A DNA stretch of 64,000 nucleotides from Podarcis pityusensis. Lineage: Eukaryota. The DNA lies in NCBI GenBank assembly GCA_964106645.2, contig OZ067043.1. One strand, 5' to 3'. The position numbers and the translations under genes were made by a program. The notes under the pieces are model-generated. The model searched no databases and was not told where the DNA came from. It saw only the letters and a list, made by a program, of their open reading frames with translations. Below are positions 39,578-54,101 of the stretch, in pieces. Each line of letters starts with the position of its first letter. Position 1 is the stretch's first letter.

Positions 39578-39889
39578 CTGCAATGAAACAGGAAAAAATC
39601 ACTAATCAATCAGGCAACATCACAAATTAACAATAATGTATATACTTATCTTCATATACAACCCATCCAACCAAGTTCTCAGGGCAGTTTAAAGAAGCGA
39701 TAAAATAAAAAGTACAAATTACAATAAAAACTCTGGCTGGTATTCAACTACTGCATCCTGTCAGTGCAAGGAATTCAACTTGTGCAACAGGACTTTCCCA
39801 CTGTCCTCTCCCCATGTGCACCCCACACCCTCCCAAATCTGCTCCAGAGAGTTGGGGGAACCCCTAGAACAGATTTATCATTCTGCCCG

Positions 39890-40186
39890 GACACTGAAGT
39901 CCAGCGCCAAGGACCTTCTGGCGGTTCCCTTACTGCAAGAAGTGAGGCTACAGGGAACCAGGCAGAGGGCCTTCTTGGTAGTGGTGCCTGCCCTGTGGAA
40001 CATCCTCCCATCACATGTCAAGGAAATAAAGAACTATCTGACGTTTAGAAGACATCCCGAAGGCAGCCCTGTTTAGGGAAGTTTTTAATGTTAGATGTTT
40101 TTATCACATTTTTAATATTCTGTTGGAAGCTGCCCAGAGTGGCTGGGGAGCCCCAGCCAGATGAGCGGGGTATAAGTAATAAATAA

Positions 40187-40217
<31 letters not shown>
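39890..40217 (+). mobile_element. LINE 3' end with (TAT)n tail; shorter copy at ~60212-60350
   Basis: Shared GGAAGC(T/C)GCCCAGAGTGGCTGGGGA..CCAGCCAGATG.GCGGGGTA followed by (TAT)n. Confidence 0.75.
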
Positions 40218-40219
<2 letters not shown>

Positions 40220-41180
40220 ATCGCACAAGAGGAAATCCTTGCACTGATGGGACACAATGCAGTTCCCATGTTCTTCATTGCTAGCCCAAACATTCTAACA
40301 TAATTAGCAAAGCATACAGTAAAATCAGCACAAAACCAGGAGCAGTGGGCCCTTCTAGGGGGACTGTTCATACAAAATCTGGTTACTATCCTGTACTTCA
40401 AGTGCAATTATCCCAACATTATGCTAAGTGCACTTAGGAATAATCTTTCATTCCAAAATCTCTCTCAAAAGGCAACAGGTAGCAAATTTATGATAAATCA
40501 CAGTAAGTTGCTTTGTGGTTGTTGTTTTTTAAGTTGCTATATGACTGCAGATTTGATCACCTAATATTTTCAGAGAAGTGCTGATAACTGTAAAAAAATG
40601 CTAGCTTCATAGAAACAGAATTGAATAATTGGAAGGGATTCGGAGGGTAATCACAACTAAAACATCCATGACACCAAACCTCTGCTTAAAAATCTCCAAT
40701 GAAGTAGAGTCCACCAACTTGGTCCAAGGGAGTACAAGTACAGTGTCTCCTTTTTAAGGCACCACAGGTACTGGGATGCAGTTTTCACAGGACATACATC
40801 ATCTGAACTAAATCTCTGGAGCTCTCTCTCACAGGTGTACCATACCTGTTTTCTACTAGTGATTTACTTTGGCCGAGATTTGATAGTTTGATCTAGCAGT
40901 AAATAAGTGCATCTGTGTGTGTAAGAAGCAGGGAAGAGACTGCCTTACTTTGAGAAGGAGACTACATAAGGAGGCAATTTGAGCCCTTTTTGAATTGCAC
41001 AATTCAGTTTTGCACCATGCAAATGCTATAATCAGTTTACTGTTTTAAGCATGTAGTTTCTACCTTGCCATCTTGAGCTACTTATGGGGAGGTGGGATAG
41101 ACAGTGGCTAAATAAGATGTTTCTGTGGCAGTAACACTCTCCTAGAGAGAATGGGAAGCAGAGACAGCTCCTTCACTCAC

Positions 41181-41379
41181 CATGACATCCTGGTCCACCC
41201 TTTCTCTATTGACTCTCACTTCTTCCAGCTGCTGTTGGGCCTCTTCCAGAAACTTGCTCTTGTTTTCCATCTCTTGCTTGAGGATCAGTTTTTCATGCTG
41301 GGTTCTGATGATGTACTCCTCCTGCTCCTCCTTCAGCTTCATCAGCTGCTTCAATTTCTCCTCCTCTTCATTCAGCAAC
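41181..41379 (-). CDS. DEF6: DEF6 exon 9
   Basis: 199 nt, [22 protein letters not shown]...VDQDVM, with TAG| and |GTGAGT. Confidence 0.95.
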
Positions 41380-43330
41380 CTAACAAAATTGCAAAAGAAG
41401 TCAGTTACATTTCACTCTATGAGCAATGCTGGTGCCGTGGCAATTTTGTTGCCCTGTAGGCCATGCTAACTACTTCCACTCCCCAGCAAAATAAATAAAA
41501 TAAAAAACTTCAATTTTCAAAAACAGATGTCTTGTAGAAAAAAATGAAAAGCACAAGGCTTGAAACTGCTAAATTTACTTTGAATTGCTAGAATAAGTAA
41601 TATAACAGTTTTTGAATTTCCTTCTCAAATAAACAAGAAAATGGTTTAGCACACAAATCATTTTGAATATTATTGTCATCTGCAATGTTAAAATTTAAGT
41701 CTCTTAAAAGTTTTGGTTTCAGGCACATCAAAATCTCACTTTGCACGCCTTTTCCTTTGCAAATGCTGTCACCAATTCCTTCAGGTCAAGTGCTGATATT
41801 TGGGCATGTTCAATGGATATAGTTGCCAAGCCGTATGTCTCTTTTGCAACACTGCTGAGCATATGTAAGTTCTTGTAAGTTTGACTTGTGAAAAACTGTT
41901 TTCAAAATCTAAAAGTCATATATTATCAGAAAGGTATAGGTTAGAATAAAAAGTAATCTGTGCCCCTCAAAGGTCAGTACGGTGCATTTCTGAGGTCAGT
42001 GCCCTAGGCAGCTGCCTAGTTGGCACCAACCCTGCCTATGAGCAATTTTCTTGTTTAAGCCTCTGGTCAGTTCCAGTACACACAGGGAAAGTCCATATAA
42101 CTGTGAAGGAAAACAGTATGATTTGCAAGAAGTGTGTGCAACTGCCTCCATTCCTGGAATCCTTGCTTAGGACACGGTGAAGATACTGGGGAAAGAGTTT
42201 TCTGGGAAATGTTTTGTCCCATCTCAAATCTCTGCAAAGCCTGGGGCTTTACCCATGTCCCTCCTTTTTCTTTTGATCTCAAGATTCGGTCCACCATGAA
42301 CTACTGTAACTTCCTCTCTACCCCCTTAGCAAATGCCCTGGTGCAATCCTCTCATGTGTAGTTTTCCACTGTCTCACCTTGACCTCTGTTCAGAACTGTG
42401 TCGTCAAATTCATTCACTTCTGTTGTCACTCTGACAATGCAACGCCCCCCCCCTTTAAATCCCTATGCTGCCTTCTGTCTGTTCCCAGATCCAGCACAAA
42501 TCCCCTGCCCTTTCTTTTAGAGTCCTCCAAGGCCCAATCTCCATTTTATCTCTCTGCTCTTATTCTGATGTGTCCCTGTCCATGACCTTTGCACCTCCAC
42601 CCTGTTGTCTGACGGTTTCCTGCTCCCTCAAAATACTCCACTGTTCCTCTTAATCTTCTTTTCGCTTTCAGCTAACTGCCTCCTAGAAGACTTCAGAGAT
42701 GCCATGTCACTCCTCTTCCTTCAAACACCTCCTCAAAACTCTCTTTTCTATTAATACTTTTCCTTCATCTATACCCCACTGCAATTCAGCCTAAGTACAT
42801 GCAGCTGAAATAGATGCATATCCTCTCTGTTTACCCCTGCCTCCATTTCCTTCCTCGTCCTCTCTTGTAGGCTCCTTGGTGCAGGAACCATTGTCTTATA
42901 CTTTGTAAAGTATACATACATTGATTGCATGGGAATATAATATAATTAATATAATATAATATAAAGCAAATGGTGCAGTAGAGGACATTTGTGTTGATAC
43001 TAGCACAGATCAGCTGTATCAATTCCAGATTTCCCCCAGCAAGAGGTGTATAAAGTGCAACGAAAACACCTGAAGGGACTTCAGTTTTTCTCATAAAAAT
43101 TACACTCATAAATAGTAGTGTCCTGTAAAGCTATAGTTACAGCAAACTGCAAGCCTCAGCCCTGGAATTGCTCCCAGTTCTTCCAGAGGGGTAGATGGCA
43201 AGGGAGTACATGAGTCCACCATCACTGAGGGAACTCACAATTATGCCAGCTGAACATTTGTTTCATCTGTCAAAGGACATTATATCCAGACCTAGTTGAA
43301 GGAAGGAAGCTGAGCATTCATTATCCGTAC

Positions 43331-43497
43331 CGGGCCTGTGCATATCTCACGGCCTCTTCATCCTGACGAGCTTTAACCTCCTGGTGCAGAGCATCTTGGA
43401 GTCGTTGCTGCATCTCCTCCAGTTCTGTGATGCGCTTGCGCTGACGTTCTGCCTCTGCCTCCTTCAGTACCATCTCAGCCTGCATGTTAGCACGAGC
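43331..43497 (-). CDS. DEF6: DEF6 exon 8
   Basis: 167 nt, [20 protein letters not shown]...YAQAR. Confidence 0.95.
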
Positions 43498-44895
43498 CTG
43501 CAGGTATAATAATACCATGCGGTTAGTATGTAGAGTACACAGCCCAACAGCAGGGGGCAGAATCAGCTACCTAAACACAGCCTACATCTCAGCCGTTGGT
43601 GCAGACTGTGGTATGGCTTTCGTCATTTCCAGTCCAGATTTGTGGATGTACAAAGACAGGCATGCAATAATTAGCAGCGTAGAAAGAAGCAAAAAAGAAG
43701 CAAAACTGAGTGGCTCAGTGGGTTGTGGGCCTCAGTTTGGAATTCTTTTTTTGTGGGGGTGGGGTGGGGGGAGGTAACACTTATTGGAATGTTAAGAGGA
43801 CCATGACCTCCCCTATAGGAGATTTCTGCCTGTTTGCCTTGGTGGCTATTAAATGATGCCATAATGAATATAACAATGCTGAGTTGGACGTTTTGCACTA
43901 TGGAATATGGCTGTCACTCTGAAGCTGGGTAGTGACTGCACAGAATTCCACTTGAAGCAAGAAAAATATTTTTCGGACACAGTTCTTTGTTGCACAGAGC
44001 CTGAGTAATACTTGATGCATGTTGCCTCATTTTACAGCTTGCTTGCTTGCTTGCATTAGATGTGCCACAATTATGCAACAAATAATAAGTAATCTGCATG
44101 CCATGAAAAAAAAGGTGACAGTACAGTTTCTAGTATACAGCAGGCTCCTATTTATAACAAGCTATTTGATTAGTATCAGCAGTTTACAACTATATAAGCT
44201 TGTTATTGGCATCTGTCTGTCTTGACAGACAATGGAGTGTGCCTCTGGTGATCTCCCCGGGGCACAAGTCTAGGCAGCGTGTATGGAGGTCCTGGGCTGC
44301 CCGCACAAGACCCCCCTCTCGGCCTTGCTGATGTGGACCACAGTAAAGCAGAGCAATACATCTGGCGCCAGCTTGGCTTCAGGAGTTTTGCATATTATTA
44401 CAAGAACCCTGAACCTGGCAGAGTAGCACATGGGCAGCCAATGCAGATATTTTTGCAGAGATGTCACATTCTGTTGTCTTGCACCTCCATCAGTAGTGTA
44501 TAGCCACTGTATTCTGCACTACTTGGAACATCTGGATAGCACCACACAGCAAAACCATAGTGTAGTGTTTAGGAGTGTGAGCTGCTAATCTTAAGCCAAG
44601 AAAAAGCAGGCCTTCCATCACTTCATGCTTCTCAAAAGGATGTGCTTCCTCCTCACCCGACTGGCTTTGCCCAGCCAGTCTAGGCTGAAGATCCCAAGGA
44701 GACTTATTGCACAAGCTAGAGCACTGAACAAGCCCCTAAAAAATCCACGGCATTCCTAACCCCTCCTGGGTATTGTTGGCAAGCTGACTGACCCACCAAA
44801 GATGCCAAGGACGGATTTGTATCTTTGTTTGCTGACCTGGTCGACCAGGCAGGTTGTGGATATGGGAGCCCCCTTGCCCTTCTCCTTGAACCCAC

Positions 44896-45194
44896 CTTCT
44901 CAGCTTCCTGCAACTGTATCTCCAGTGTCCTCTGCATTTCCTCATGCTGCTGCTGGCGCCGCTCCTCCTCCTCGTGGAGCAAGAGCTCAGCTTGGCGCTG
45001 GGCCTCCTTCAGCAGCTCCAGCTCCTGCAGCTTGCGCTCCTTCTCCTCCTGCAGCTGCTTCAGGCGCTGCATCTCCTCCTCCTTGGCAGCCTTCTTCCGC
45101 TCCCGCTGCTCCCGCTGCTCCCGCCGCTTCTGCTTCAAGTCCTTGTGCAGAGACTTCTTGCCCTCGGCCTGGAGGCGGATTGCCATCTGGATGG
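44896..45194 (-). CDS. DEF6: DEF6 exon 7 (coiled coil)
   Basis: 299 nt, [32 protein letters not shown]...EAEK. Confidence 0.95.
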
Positions 45195-46082
45195 CTGCCG
45201 AGGGAGGAAGGGCCGGAGATGTCAGAAGGGGACATAGGGGCTGCCTTGGCTAGCGACTATAAAGAGCCCCTTGACTCACAACCACTTCTCTATCCCTTAA
45301 GGTCAGGGAAACTCAGGTCCAGGGTCCAAATGTGGATCTTGATGTCTTTATATCTAGTGCTCAGGGATCTTCCTAGGCCACACCCTCTACTGGCCCTGCT
45401 TCATAACTTCTTGGTTTTGCCTGGCTGGAATGTGACCTTGAATTGTGATAATGTCTCTTGCACCCATGGATGGAGGTGAGTGCATGTAGAAACAAAGCCT
45501 AGTGCACAAAGGTAAGATTTACATTATTTGCTCCTCCCACTTTTGCCTCTGGCTCCACCCACCACTGGCATGTAGCCCCTGGAAGGTTACCTCAAAGGGA
45601 TGTGGCCCACAAATGCCTTAGGGCCATCTCCTGTGAGGGTCTTCTCTAAAGCCTCCCCCTTTTCAAAAGTGAGGCAGGTAAAGAAAGAGAGGGGATTTAG
45701 CACCCCTATCATGGGGACACCATCTCCAAGGAGGCTCGCTTTGAAGCAACATAGCATAAGCATAAACCTCCTTAGCAACCTAGGCTTTTTACCTCATTGA
45801 ACTGTTCCATTATCTGCTTGTTTGCTTAATCATTTTCATTGTTTTCATGAATTGCACTTCTAATTTTTTAAAAACTTCCCTGTAATTGAGTTCGATGATG
45901 GGCAATATAAAAATACGTTAGAGAAATGAAATAAGGAAGAGTTGCAACATTCAGCACCCATGACCCCCAGAGTTTTGGGATGTCTGCTTTCTTGGCTGAT
46001 GCTATTCAACAGGAAGCAAAACCAAACTTCCTTTTCATACTGCAAATTCATAAAAGTTTTGTGGTATGCAAACGAAGAACTC

Positions 46083-46086
<4 letters not shown>

Positions 46087-46123
<37 letters not shown>
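46087..46123. repeat. (CA)n microsatellite
   Basis: Direct reading. Confidence 0.95.
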
Positions 46124-46128
<5 letters not shown>

Positions 46129-46483
46129 TGTCAGACTGGCAAGACCCTGTGGTTCTATATTATCTTGTCTCCTATCTCTAACACTCAATATTATTTAGCT
46201 ACTACTAGGATTCTCGCAGAAGACAATATTAAAATAATCTGCACTGAAGTCCCAAATAGTTACACAAGACTGGCTTTCAATCCAGAATCATGTGTTTTTA
46301 TGTTTTCATAAAATGTTGGCCATGTGAGTTACTTTAGCTTGGGCAGTTCAAGTCATACGGGGAGAAAGTCAATCCATGAATGAAGGCTACCTAAAGGGCC
46401 AGAGGCTCTTGCTACTTTCAGTTTCATATCTTAATTACAGCAAATCTCCAAAGGTGTTAGGAGAAAAGAGCCACAGTACTCAC

Positions 46484-46592
46484 CAAGCGTCCACTCCTGC
46501 CTTTGCCTGGTATCCGAGGCGCTCATTTCATACGTCCGAGAAGGTGTTTTCACACAGAACATACACCGTTTCCCATCCTTGTCAGGCAAGAT
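46484..46592 (-). CDS. DEF6: DEF6 exon 6 (PH domain C-part)
   Basis: 109 nt, [36 protein letters not shown], with AAG| and |GTGAGT. Confidence 0.95.
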
Positions 46593-47761
46593 CTTTGAAT
46601 AAAGGAGGAAAAGTTGACATCTCCCTTCAGCCACAAGCCCACCTAGAACACTGCCAAGGCTTGAAATGCCTCAAGCCAAGGATGGCCACCCCTGCCTTTC
46701 CCAACCACAAAACAACATCCCCATCAAGGCTTTGCAACCCAGCCTGGGAGAAGCTGCAACCCTGCTGACTTCCAGTCCTTACTGAAAGTGGAGCTAACAG
46801 TCAGTACTGAATTTACATCCAGTTCTGATTGCAAGCCCTACTTTCAGCAACTATCTTTACAGCCTTGGCCTGACTTCAATCCATGGCTGCAAATCTTCTT
46901 CCCATACAGTATGAGCTGGGGCTGCAAAGGAAGAGTCACCTGACTTCAGGCAACTGATAGGTATGGCGGCCTTCCCCACCTGTCAAAAGTGGGCCATGGA
47001 GGGCGGGCCAGTTCTGGACTGGATCCAGTCCGTCCATCCCCTGTCCTCACTATTAACAGGCACAGCATGGCTTGTCTCCTCAATTCCTCTCAGTGGTGCA
47101 ATAGGTAATTTTAGACTCTGGGTGGCATCCAACAAAATAGCTCCATCTGCACAAGGATTTTTATTCATGCAACAGAATGTCCTCTCCCCAAACCTGCTAT
47201 GGAGGGTTGGGGGGAACCGAGAACATATTTAGGGGGTGCAGAGAGGAGAGGAAGTTCAATTGTGCAGCCATAAGTCCTTGATTTCACTGGATACTGCCCT
47301 ATGGTCTTAATGGACTTATGTAGGGGAGGCAGATTTTTAGACATTAATGTGTACTAAAATTCACTTCAAAGTGTGATAAACAAGTCCTGCTGCATTTGGA
47401 GGCTCTTGTATTCATTTTGTCAAGTGAGGACTTGGACTTTGTGCCACGATGGCACTACTGATTCTACATTGTTTTCCCCATACTTGGCTGTCAGTAATAT
47501 AGTAATTTCCTTCTTATTTCTCCTTTTCGGGGAAGGTCTTAAATATTTGGGGGAAGGCCTTCTCAGTATGGACAGTGCTCATCCAAGTGCTTCCACCAGA
47601 CCAAGGACTTCCGGCTGTTCAGTGGAACCTTCCCCTTTCTCTCCTCTTTCCTCACACCCATTAAATACGTCCTGGGGATCCCCTAAGCCTCTGGAGCAGA
47701 TATGGGGAGGGCGCAGGAAGCACACAGGGAGAAGAGGACATTCTGCTGTGTAAGTGGAGAT

Positions 47762-48180
47762 CACAGAATCATAGAGTTGGATAGGACCCCGAGGGTGATC
47801 TAGTCCAGCCACCTGCAATGCAGGAATCTCAACTAGATCATACAAGACAGTTGGTCATCCAACCTCTACCTAACAGCCTCCAAGGAAAGAGAGTCCACCA
47901 CCTCTTGTGGGAGTTTGTTCCACTGTTGAACAGCTCTTGTCGGAAAGTTATTTCTGCTGTTTCGTTGGAATCTCCTTTCTTGTAACTTGAAGCCATTGGT
48001 TTGAGTCCTGCCCCCCAGAGCAGGAGAAAACAAGCTTGCTCTATCCCCCATGTGATAGCCCTTCAGATATTTGAAGATGGCTATCATAACACCTCTCAAT
48101 TTTTGCTTCTCCAGGCTAAACATACCCAATTCCCTCAACCATTCCTCTTAAGGCCTGGTTTCCTGACCCTTGATCATCTT
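47762..48180 (-). mobile_element. CR1 LINE 3' fragment
   Basis: RELGMFSLEKQKLRGVMIAIFKYLKG...WNKLPQEVV; closely similar to the 14697 copy. Confidence 0.9.
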
Positions 48181-48873
48181 GGATAACACCCTTTGTTTTG
48201 AGATCTCCTGCTGAGGCTCTTCTCAAAGTGCCTTCCATATCAGAAACACAGAATAAAACAGTAATGGAGAGGGCTTTACTTTTTCCTGCTGGTGATGCCA
48301 GGTTACAGAACCCTCTTCTTAAAGAAGTATGCCTGCCACCTACATTACAATTCGTTTGGCACGAGGCAAAAACATTTATCCCCCCCCCCCCGGCATTTTT
48401 AATATATGTAATTGCTTAAACCTGCTGTATGTTTTAAGCTGCTGCCTCATGTTATGGTTAATATTTATGGTTTACTGCTTGTTTTAGTGTTTTATAATAT
48501 GCACTATGAATTATTTTGGACTTGTCATTGACCATCTTGAACTCTTATTGGCTGAAGCATAGTCTACAAATGTTTAGTTTATTTGTTTAAAACAGACAGC
48601 TTCATCTGCATGTGCTTTTTTCCTCCCTCAAAAGGACCTGTACATAGGCTTCAACAGCAACCTTGATAAGGTCCTGTCAGTTTCGCAGGTGCTGATAATG
48701 TCAAGGTCACAATCCACGTATGTTACAGTTGCATATTCCTGCATTGTGGTGAAGGGAATGACACTGGGGTACGCAACTGGGGAGAGGAGAAGCCACACAC
48801 TGTCACCAGCTGCCTCATGAGAGGACTGCATCTGCCTATCATGTTCCTTTTGTTTCAGAGTATGTCCAATTAC

Positions 48874-49020
48874 CTCCACACAAGAGTTTCTGTCCAAAGA
48901 AATGCTCCCCTTTTTCTCCTTCCGTTCCTCACTCACATAGTAAGAGAGATCACTGGGCTTTAGGGTGAACCATCGTTCAGACCAGTTCCTTCTCAGATGA
49001 CCTTTCTTCCATAGATAGCC
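48874..49020 (-). CDS. DEF6: DEF6 exon 5 (PH domain N-part)
   Basis: 147 nt, [28 protein letters not shown]...CVE. Confidence 0.95.
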
Positions 49021-50167
49021 CTGCTCCCAGCCAAAGAGACAGAGAAACAGAAAGTGAGTAAACAAAGATATTTGTACCAAAGATCTTTGCAAGACTCCAC
49101 CTATATTACAGCCATAGCACAGATTTGTGTCACAAAGGAGCCAAAGAAACTGGCACATTTAGAACATGGATTGTGTGAACTGATCTCCAGCTTATCTTAC
49201 ACAGGTATATGTAAGTGTATACATGCATATTGTATATTCTGAAAGGTATACCTTATCACTAGCTTTATATGAGGTTGCATCCATGTGGTAACTTCCCACA
49301 TGGCCAATTTACTTCTGGTGTGGAATAAGCAAGTGCCACCAACTAGCAGGAGGCTTTCTACTCGAACCTTTCCTTTGAATGAGCTGGATATCAACCTTAA
49401 TGAACCTTGAGCTTGATCTGCCATCTGAACTATTACAAACAGGACCATGTGGCTTGTGGGTGTCAGGAATGCTGACTTGTTTTCTTCCTCTTTGCGCAGT
49501 GGACTTAGCACAGTGTCCTATTTCCTCATTGGCTGCTGGCATATCCTCAATGCTGTACACTCAGCAAGCTTCCAGAATTTCCCACTATCAGGCATGCTGA
49601 TTTGGCACTTTTGACAGCTCACACGCCACAAGGGTATTGTGATTCCTGACAGGCTGATTGGCGATCAGGACTGATCAGGATTAGCAAAGTGTGGGAAATC
49701 TTCCAAAGGACTGGCATGCAAAATCCCATGCTAGCTGGTAGATACAGTAACTACATCTTGGTGTACAGAACCCAGAAGAAAAATGGAACATGCATACAAG
49801 CCTAAAAGTTGCCTACCCGATTATCCTTAGCATATGCAGTTACCATTCTATAGGAAAAGACAAATAAACATCAGTGTAGGTTCTCTGGTCTCTTCCCAGA
49901 TGGTTGCTCCCCCCCCCCTTTACCTTGTTCTACTGTTCCTCTCACTTCAAATACCACAAATTAGATCATTTCCCACCCCTTTAATGCTCTTGTTATCATT
50001 GTCCAAAAAGGTAACTAGAATGTGCAGTAGATGCAGTCCCCATCAGGCCAATACAGACTTTATTAGAGAGGAAGAAAGCTGTGCTGGGTCCCCGTGTATT
50101 ATTTCCTGTTCATAGGTAGTTCCACAAACCCAAGCAAAGGATTTCCTAATCAAGGACAGCTCTTTAC

Positions 50168-50395
50168 CTGTTTGAGCACATCTCCAATGATCTCCTGGTA
50201 GACTTCTTCAACAGCCATGCTAATAGCCTCACGCTCAATTCCTCGTAGGAACCGGCCAGAGTTTACCAAGTCAAGAAACTGCCAGACTGTCAAACCACTC
50301 TGCTGTTGAGCCTCTTGAGAAAAGAAGTCCTCTAACTCCCCAGAGTTGAGCTCAATGCTCATGGCTGTGCAGATCTTCTTCAGGAGGTATTCCAC
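50168..50395 (-). CDS. DEF6: DEF6 exon 4
   Basis: 228 nt, [12 protein letters not shown]...[13 protein letters not shown]. Confidence 0.95.
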
Positions 50396-52923
50396 CTGGA
50401 ACAAACAGGGGAAGTCAGCAGAGAAGGAACTAACCATGTTCTCTACTTCTAGGTATCAGATGTAATTTGAATTCCCCTTGGGATCACATACAATTCCTTC
50501 TTGTGCCGTGGAATTTCACTCCATAGACTCTTATTGCTTCAAGTCAGTTCTTGCTTCAAGAATTCTGTGGTTCCACATGGCAACAATATATAGTGACATA
50601 TTCTCCATTAAAATTCTCCAATAACTGTACCCAGGGGAAAGATTCAAAGTCCACTTATTTAGAAGTATCATTCAGTTCAATGGAACTTATTCCCAGAAGG
50701 TATATTTAGAACTGCAAATTTCAATCAGCAAATGATCTCCTTTCCGTTGGGGGCGGACTCACAGCCACCTCTTTCAAGTTGACTGGGAGTACCCACTCTC
50801 ACAAAAAAGACATTTATTACTTAATGGACTCCACAAATCAATCCTCTTCTGCTTGATGTTATCAATCAGAGAAAGCAAGCGCCGAGTCAACATCTGGTAC
50901 CCTCAACCCCCCCCCCCCCTGAGCACCATGTCTGTGTCACAAGGCCACAATAACTGAAAATCCTCCCTCTAAAAAGAACCAGAGTTCTGGATTCATTCAA
51001 CTGAATGCAGCATTTGTGGTACCCAAGTTATATCAAATGCAAAAATCTTTATGCTTGAAGTGTTTTGCAAACATATTATATGGAGCTTACAAGGGCACTT
51101 GTACATCCACCTGCAGGCCAAGCTGGAGTAAACTATGAACGACTCAGAAAAGCTCTGCTAAACAACGTCCCAATTACAGAATGGCAGAGAAGTATTGCTT
51201 CTTTGCTGCCATCGCTGCCACCAAAACAGGCACAATAATGTGTTTATTCCCATTTGAGTTTTCCATTACCTGCATTCCAACAAGGAAATGGACAGAAACA
51301 AAAGAAAAATTAGTTGGTTTTGCCTGTCATTGGCTTTGTCTACTTTGGCCTTCCTGCATTCCACTCTACTAGTCCCCATAGTTATTAGCCACAGCTGCCA
51401 CTACCTGTGGTATGAAAAGGTATCTAAATACACCTGAAGGCTGAAATCTCGTAGTCACTTCCCTAGGTGTGAAGTCCCACGGAAATCAATGGGATGCACA
51501 GAAGTTTGCAGCATCTCCTAGGATTTATTGTTTATTTTGACTATTTACTCAGAAGCCAGATGCCAATGCTAGATTTAAAAATCAAAAATCCTCATCCATT
51601 GTGGATTCTTACACAAAACCACCAAATTCTTTAAAAACAAATGCACGCTAGCGGATGCTCAACTCCACTGTTGGTGGAGTTAGAAAGACAGCATGCTTTT
51701 TCAAGAGCTGAACAGGAAATGCCTTGGTAGGAAACAGGAAGCGTAGCTGATGACTGCATGTGCACACAGGGCCTTTTCTGCTGAACTATAAGGGGGATGG
51801 AGCAAGAGTGTCAGACACAGGGGAGAGAAAAGCTTGATGGTTGTCATCACACCTGACATCAGCTGATGAGCTAGATGCAGTGGAAACTCCTGGAAACTAT
51901 ATGAGATTATTTTCTGGCTAGGTCTTTATTGGCTTTGGGACCTATGTGTCAGGGTTTAGTTTCTGGTCTTTAGATTTACAAACCACCTGACTGAGATTTT
52001 GCCTCTGTACTAAGGAGCAAAGGAAATCCCCTTCCCTCCAACAACATGTCTTGTGGAATTTAGAGATTATTGCTGTTATTACTGGCTCTGCTAGACTGAA
52101 CAGCATTTCTTTATTGCAATTAACCCTTTGGGTGGAGCCAACATGTTCCAGATTCGTATCTCAACGTGTTTCAAGAATGGGTGTGTCCAGACCTGCAGTT
52201 TTTCAGTCTACAACAGAAAGCAGCATGAGGAGCAGCCCGCATCCTCTCACTGCACACGTGAACTGGGTTTACACTCTCACTCTAAAGGACGGATGACATT
52301 AATTAGACATGCATGTTTCTGCCTGACTGGCCTAAATGAAAGTCACACGCTATCCCATTTCCTGGCCGTTGTTTCTCTCCGCCTCCAAGCTGGCTTGTTT
52401 GGTTTGGGGTTGTTCTTTTTTAACGTTGAGTCTGTGGCACTACCCTTTTGCATGCATTCATGTAGACGCCTTGTCCGTATGTTGGCTAGTCTCCTCCCAG
52501 CAGAAGCTAAACACAGCCACAGTGTTAACCCAGAATCCAACCACCTCACAGAATCTTATTCCCCCACCCCCAAAAAATATTTCCCTGCCCCACCCTGCCT
52601 GAGGCCATCTCCAGGCCATCTCCATTTGTGTGTGTGGAAAAATAAAGAAAATGTATCAGGTGTGATTGCATGTATGAGTGCAACTGTGCAAATTCAACAT
52701 TTATGAAACCCAAAGCACCTGCAGTTTTAGGAGAAGCATGGATGTAAGGGAAGCAGATGAAAATTGCTATTGGGACACTGAGAAACAGAAGTGAAATACA
52801 GCATTTTGGGAAGGGCCATAGATTAGTGGTATAGCACATCATTTCCAGGCCAAAGGTCCCAAGTTCAGTCACTGCTATATCCAGGACAAGGGATGGTAAG
52901 TACCAGCCAGAGCCCCATGGAGC

Positions 52924-53558
52924 TGTCATGGAGGGTTGGTTGGATCCTGAGAAGCAGCAGGAGGAGATCAGGGAGCTGCAGTTAGATAACTCTGGGGAGG
53001 GCCCCAGTGGGACAGGAGAAATTCCAGGGAATCCCTGTCAGGTGTCCAACATCAGGGAGGGGAAGGGGAGCTGGGAATCTGATCCAGGGGAGGGGCCAGG
53101 TGGCTTAACAGAGGAGAATTCAACCCCAATGAGATATGGGGTTGCTATTCAGGTGCTTCCTCCTGTCAGCGCAGAGCCTCCTGCTTTTAAGGAGGCAACA
53201 GAGTATAAATCTGATGCTGAGCACACATTGACAGTGCTTCCAAGAACAAGGAGATGCCAGCTCTAACACAAGTAGACCTCCCACGCCTAACTTGGAGGAG
53301 TGCATGTTCATTTGCCTAGCCCTGAGACTTTGGCTGCTTGCACTAATTGCTATGCCTGCCCCATCCTTTTATAAGAAAGATGCAGGAGGCATGTTGCTTG
53401 TGGGTCAACATCTTAGCTTGTGCCTGGCCATGCCTATGTATCTCTGTGGCTCCTTGTAACCTGAGCCTGGTCCATGCACTGTTTTGACTTTTGCAGTAAA
53501 GCCTTTGGCAGAAACAAGAGTCTGCAGTTCCAGTTCTTCATCTAGCAGGGCCAGGACA
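52924..53558 (+). mobile_element. Putative solo LTR inserted in a SINE
   Basis: 635 bp bounded by TGTC...GACA, with internal TATA-like (TTTATAAG) and AGTAAA motifs in LTR order; SINE halves on both sides; no clear TSD. Confidence 0.45.
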
Positions 53559-54101
53559 CTCACACCCAAAATCTGGGGGAATCATTGGCAGTCAGTGGAC
53601 AATACTGATGATTTGACTCTGTATAAGGCAGCTTCCTATGTTCCAGATACAAGAATGCTTGTTTTGGGGTGCATCAAAAAACAATACCACTCGAAAGCAT
53701 GAATGGGGTAGAACTCTCTATAGAGGAATCGGCATGAGTATAACAGATCATATATTGTGCAGGAGATTTGTAAGCACGACCAAAAGGGGCTATAAAGCAG
53801 CAACTCTCACAGATTGCATAGGGCCATGCAACATGCTAACATGTAGAAAAGGGCGTCTTCTTGTTCACCATATTCATCCCTTGGCCACACAGGGTGGAAT
53901 CTTGAGCAGCGATCAGATGATGCAAGAAGCAGCATAGTTTGGATCTGCAGGCCTGTATACAGAAATCTATGATAGCTAGACTCAGACAATGATTATAATC
54001 ACCTGGCTAAGCCCTAACGATGCAAAATATACATAGTGTGACTCATCCCTTATCAAAAGCACTGCAAAACAAGAAATTGTGTTACTTAAAAGCAATCATA
54101 C

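Noticed and set aside
44802-45479. 225-aa plus-strand ORF and neighbours
   Set aside because: Antisense shadows of the repetitive coiled-coil exon 7 of DEF6.
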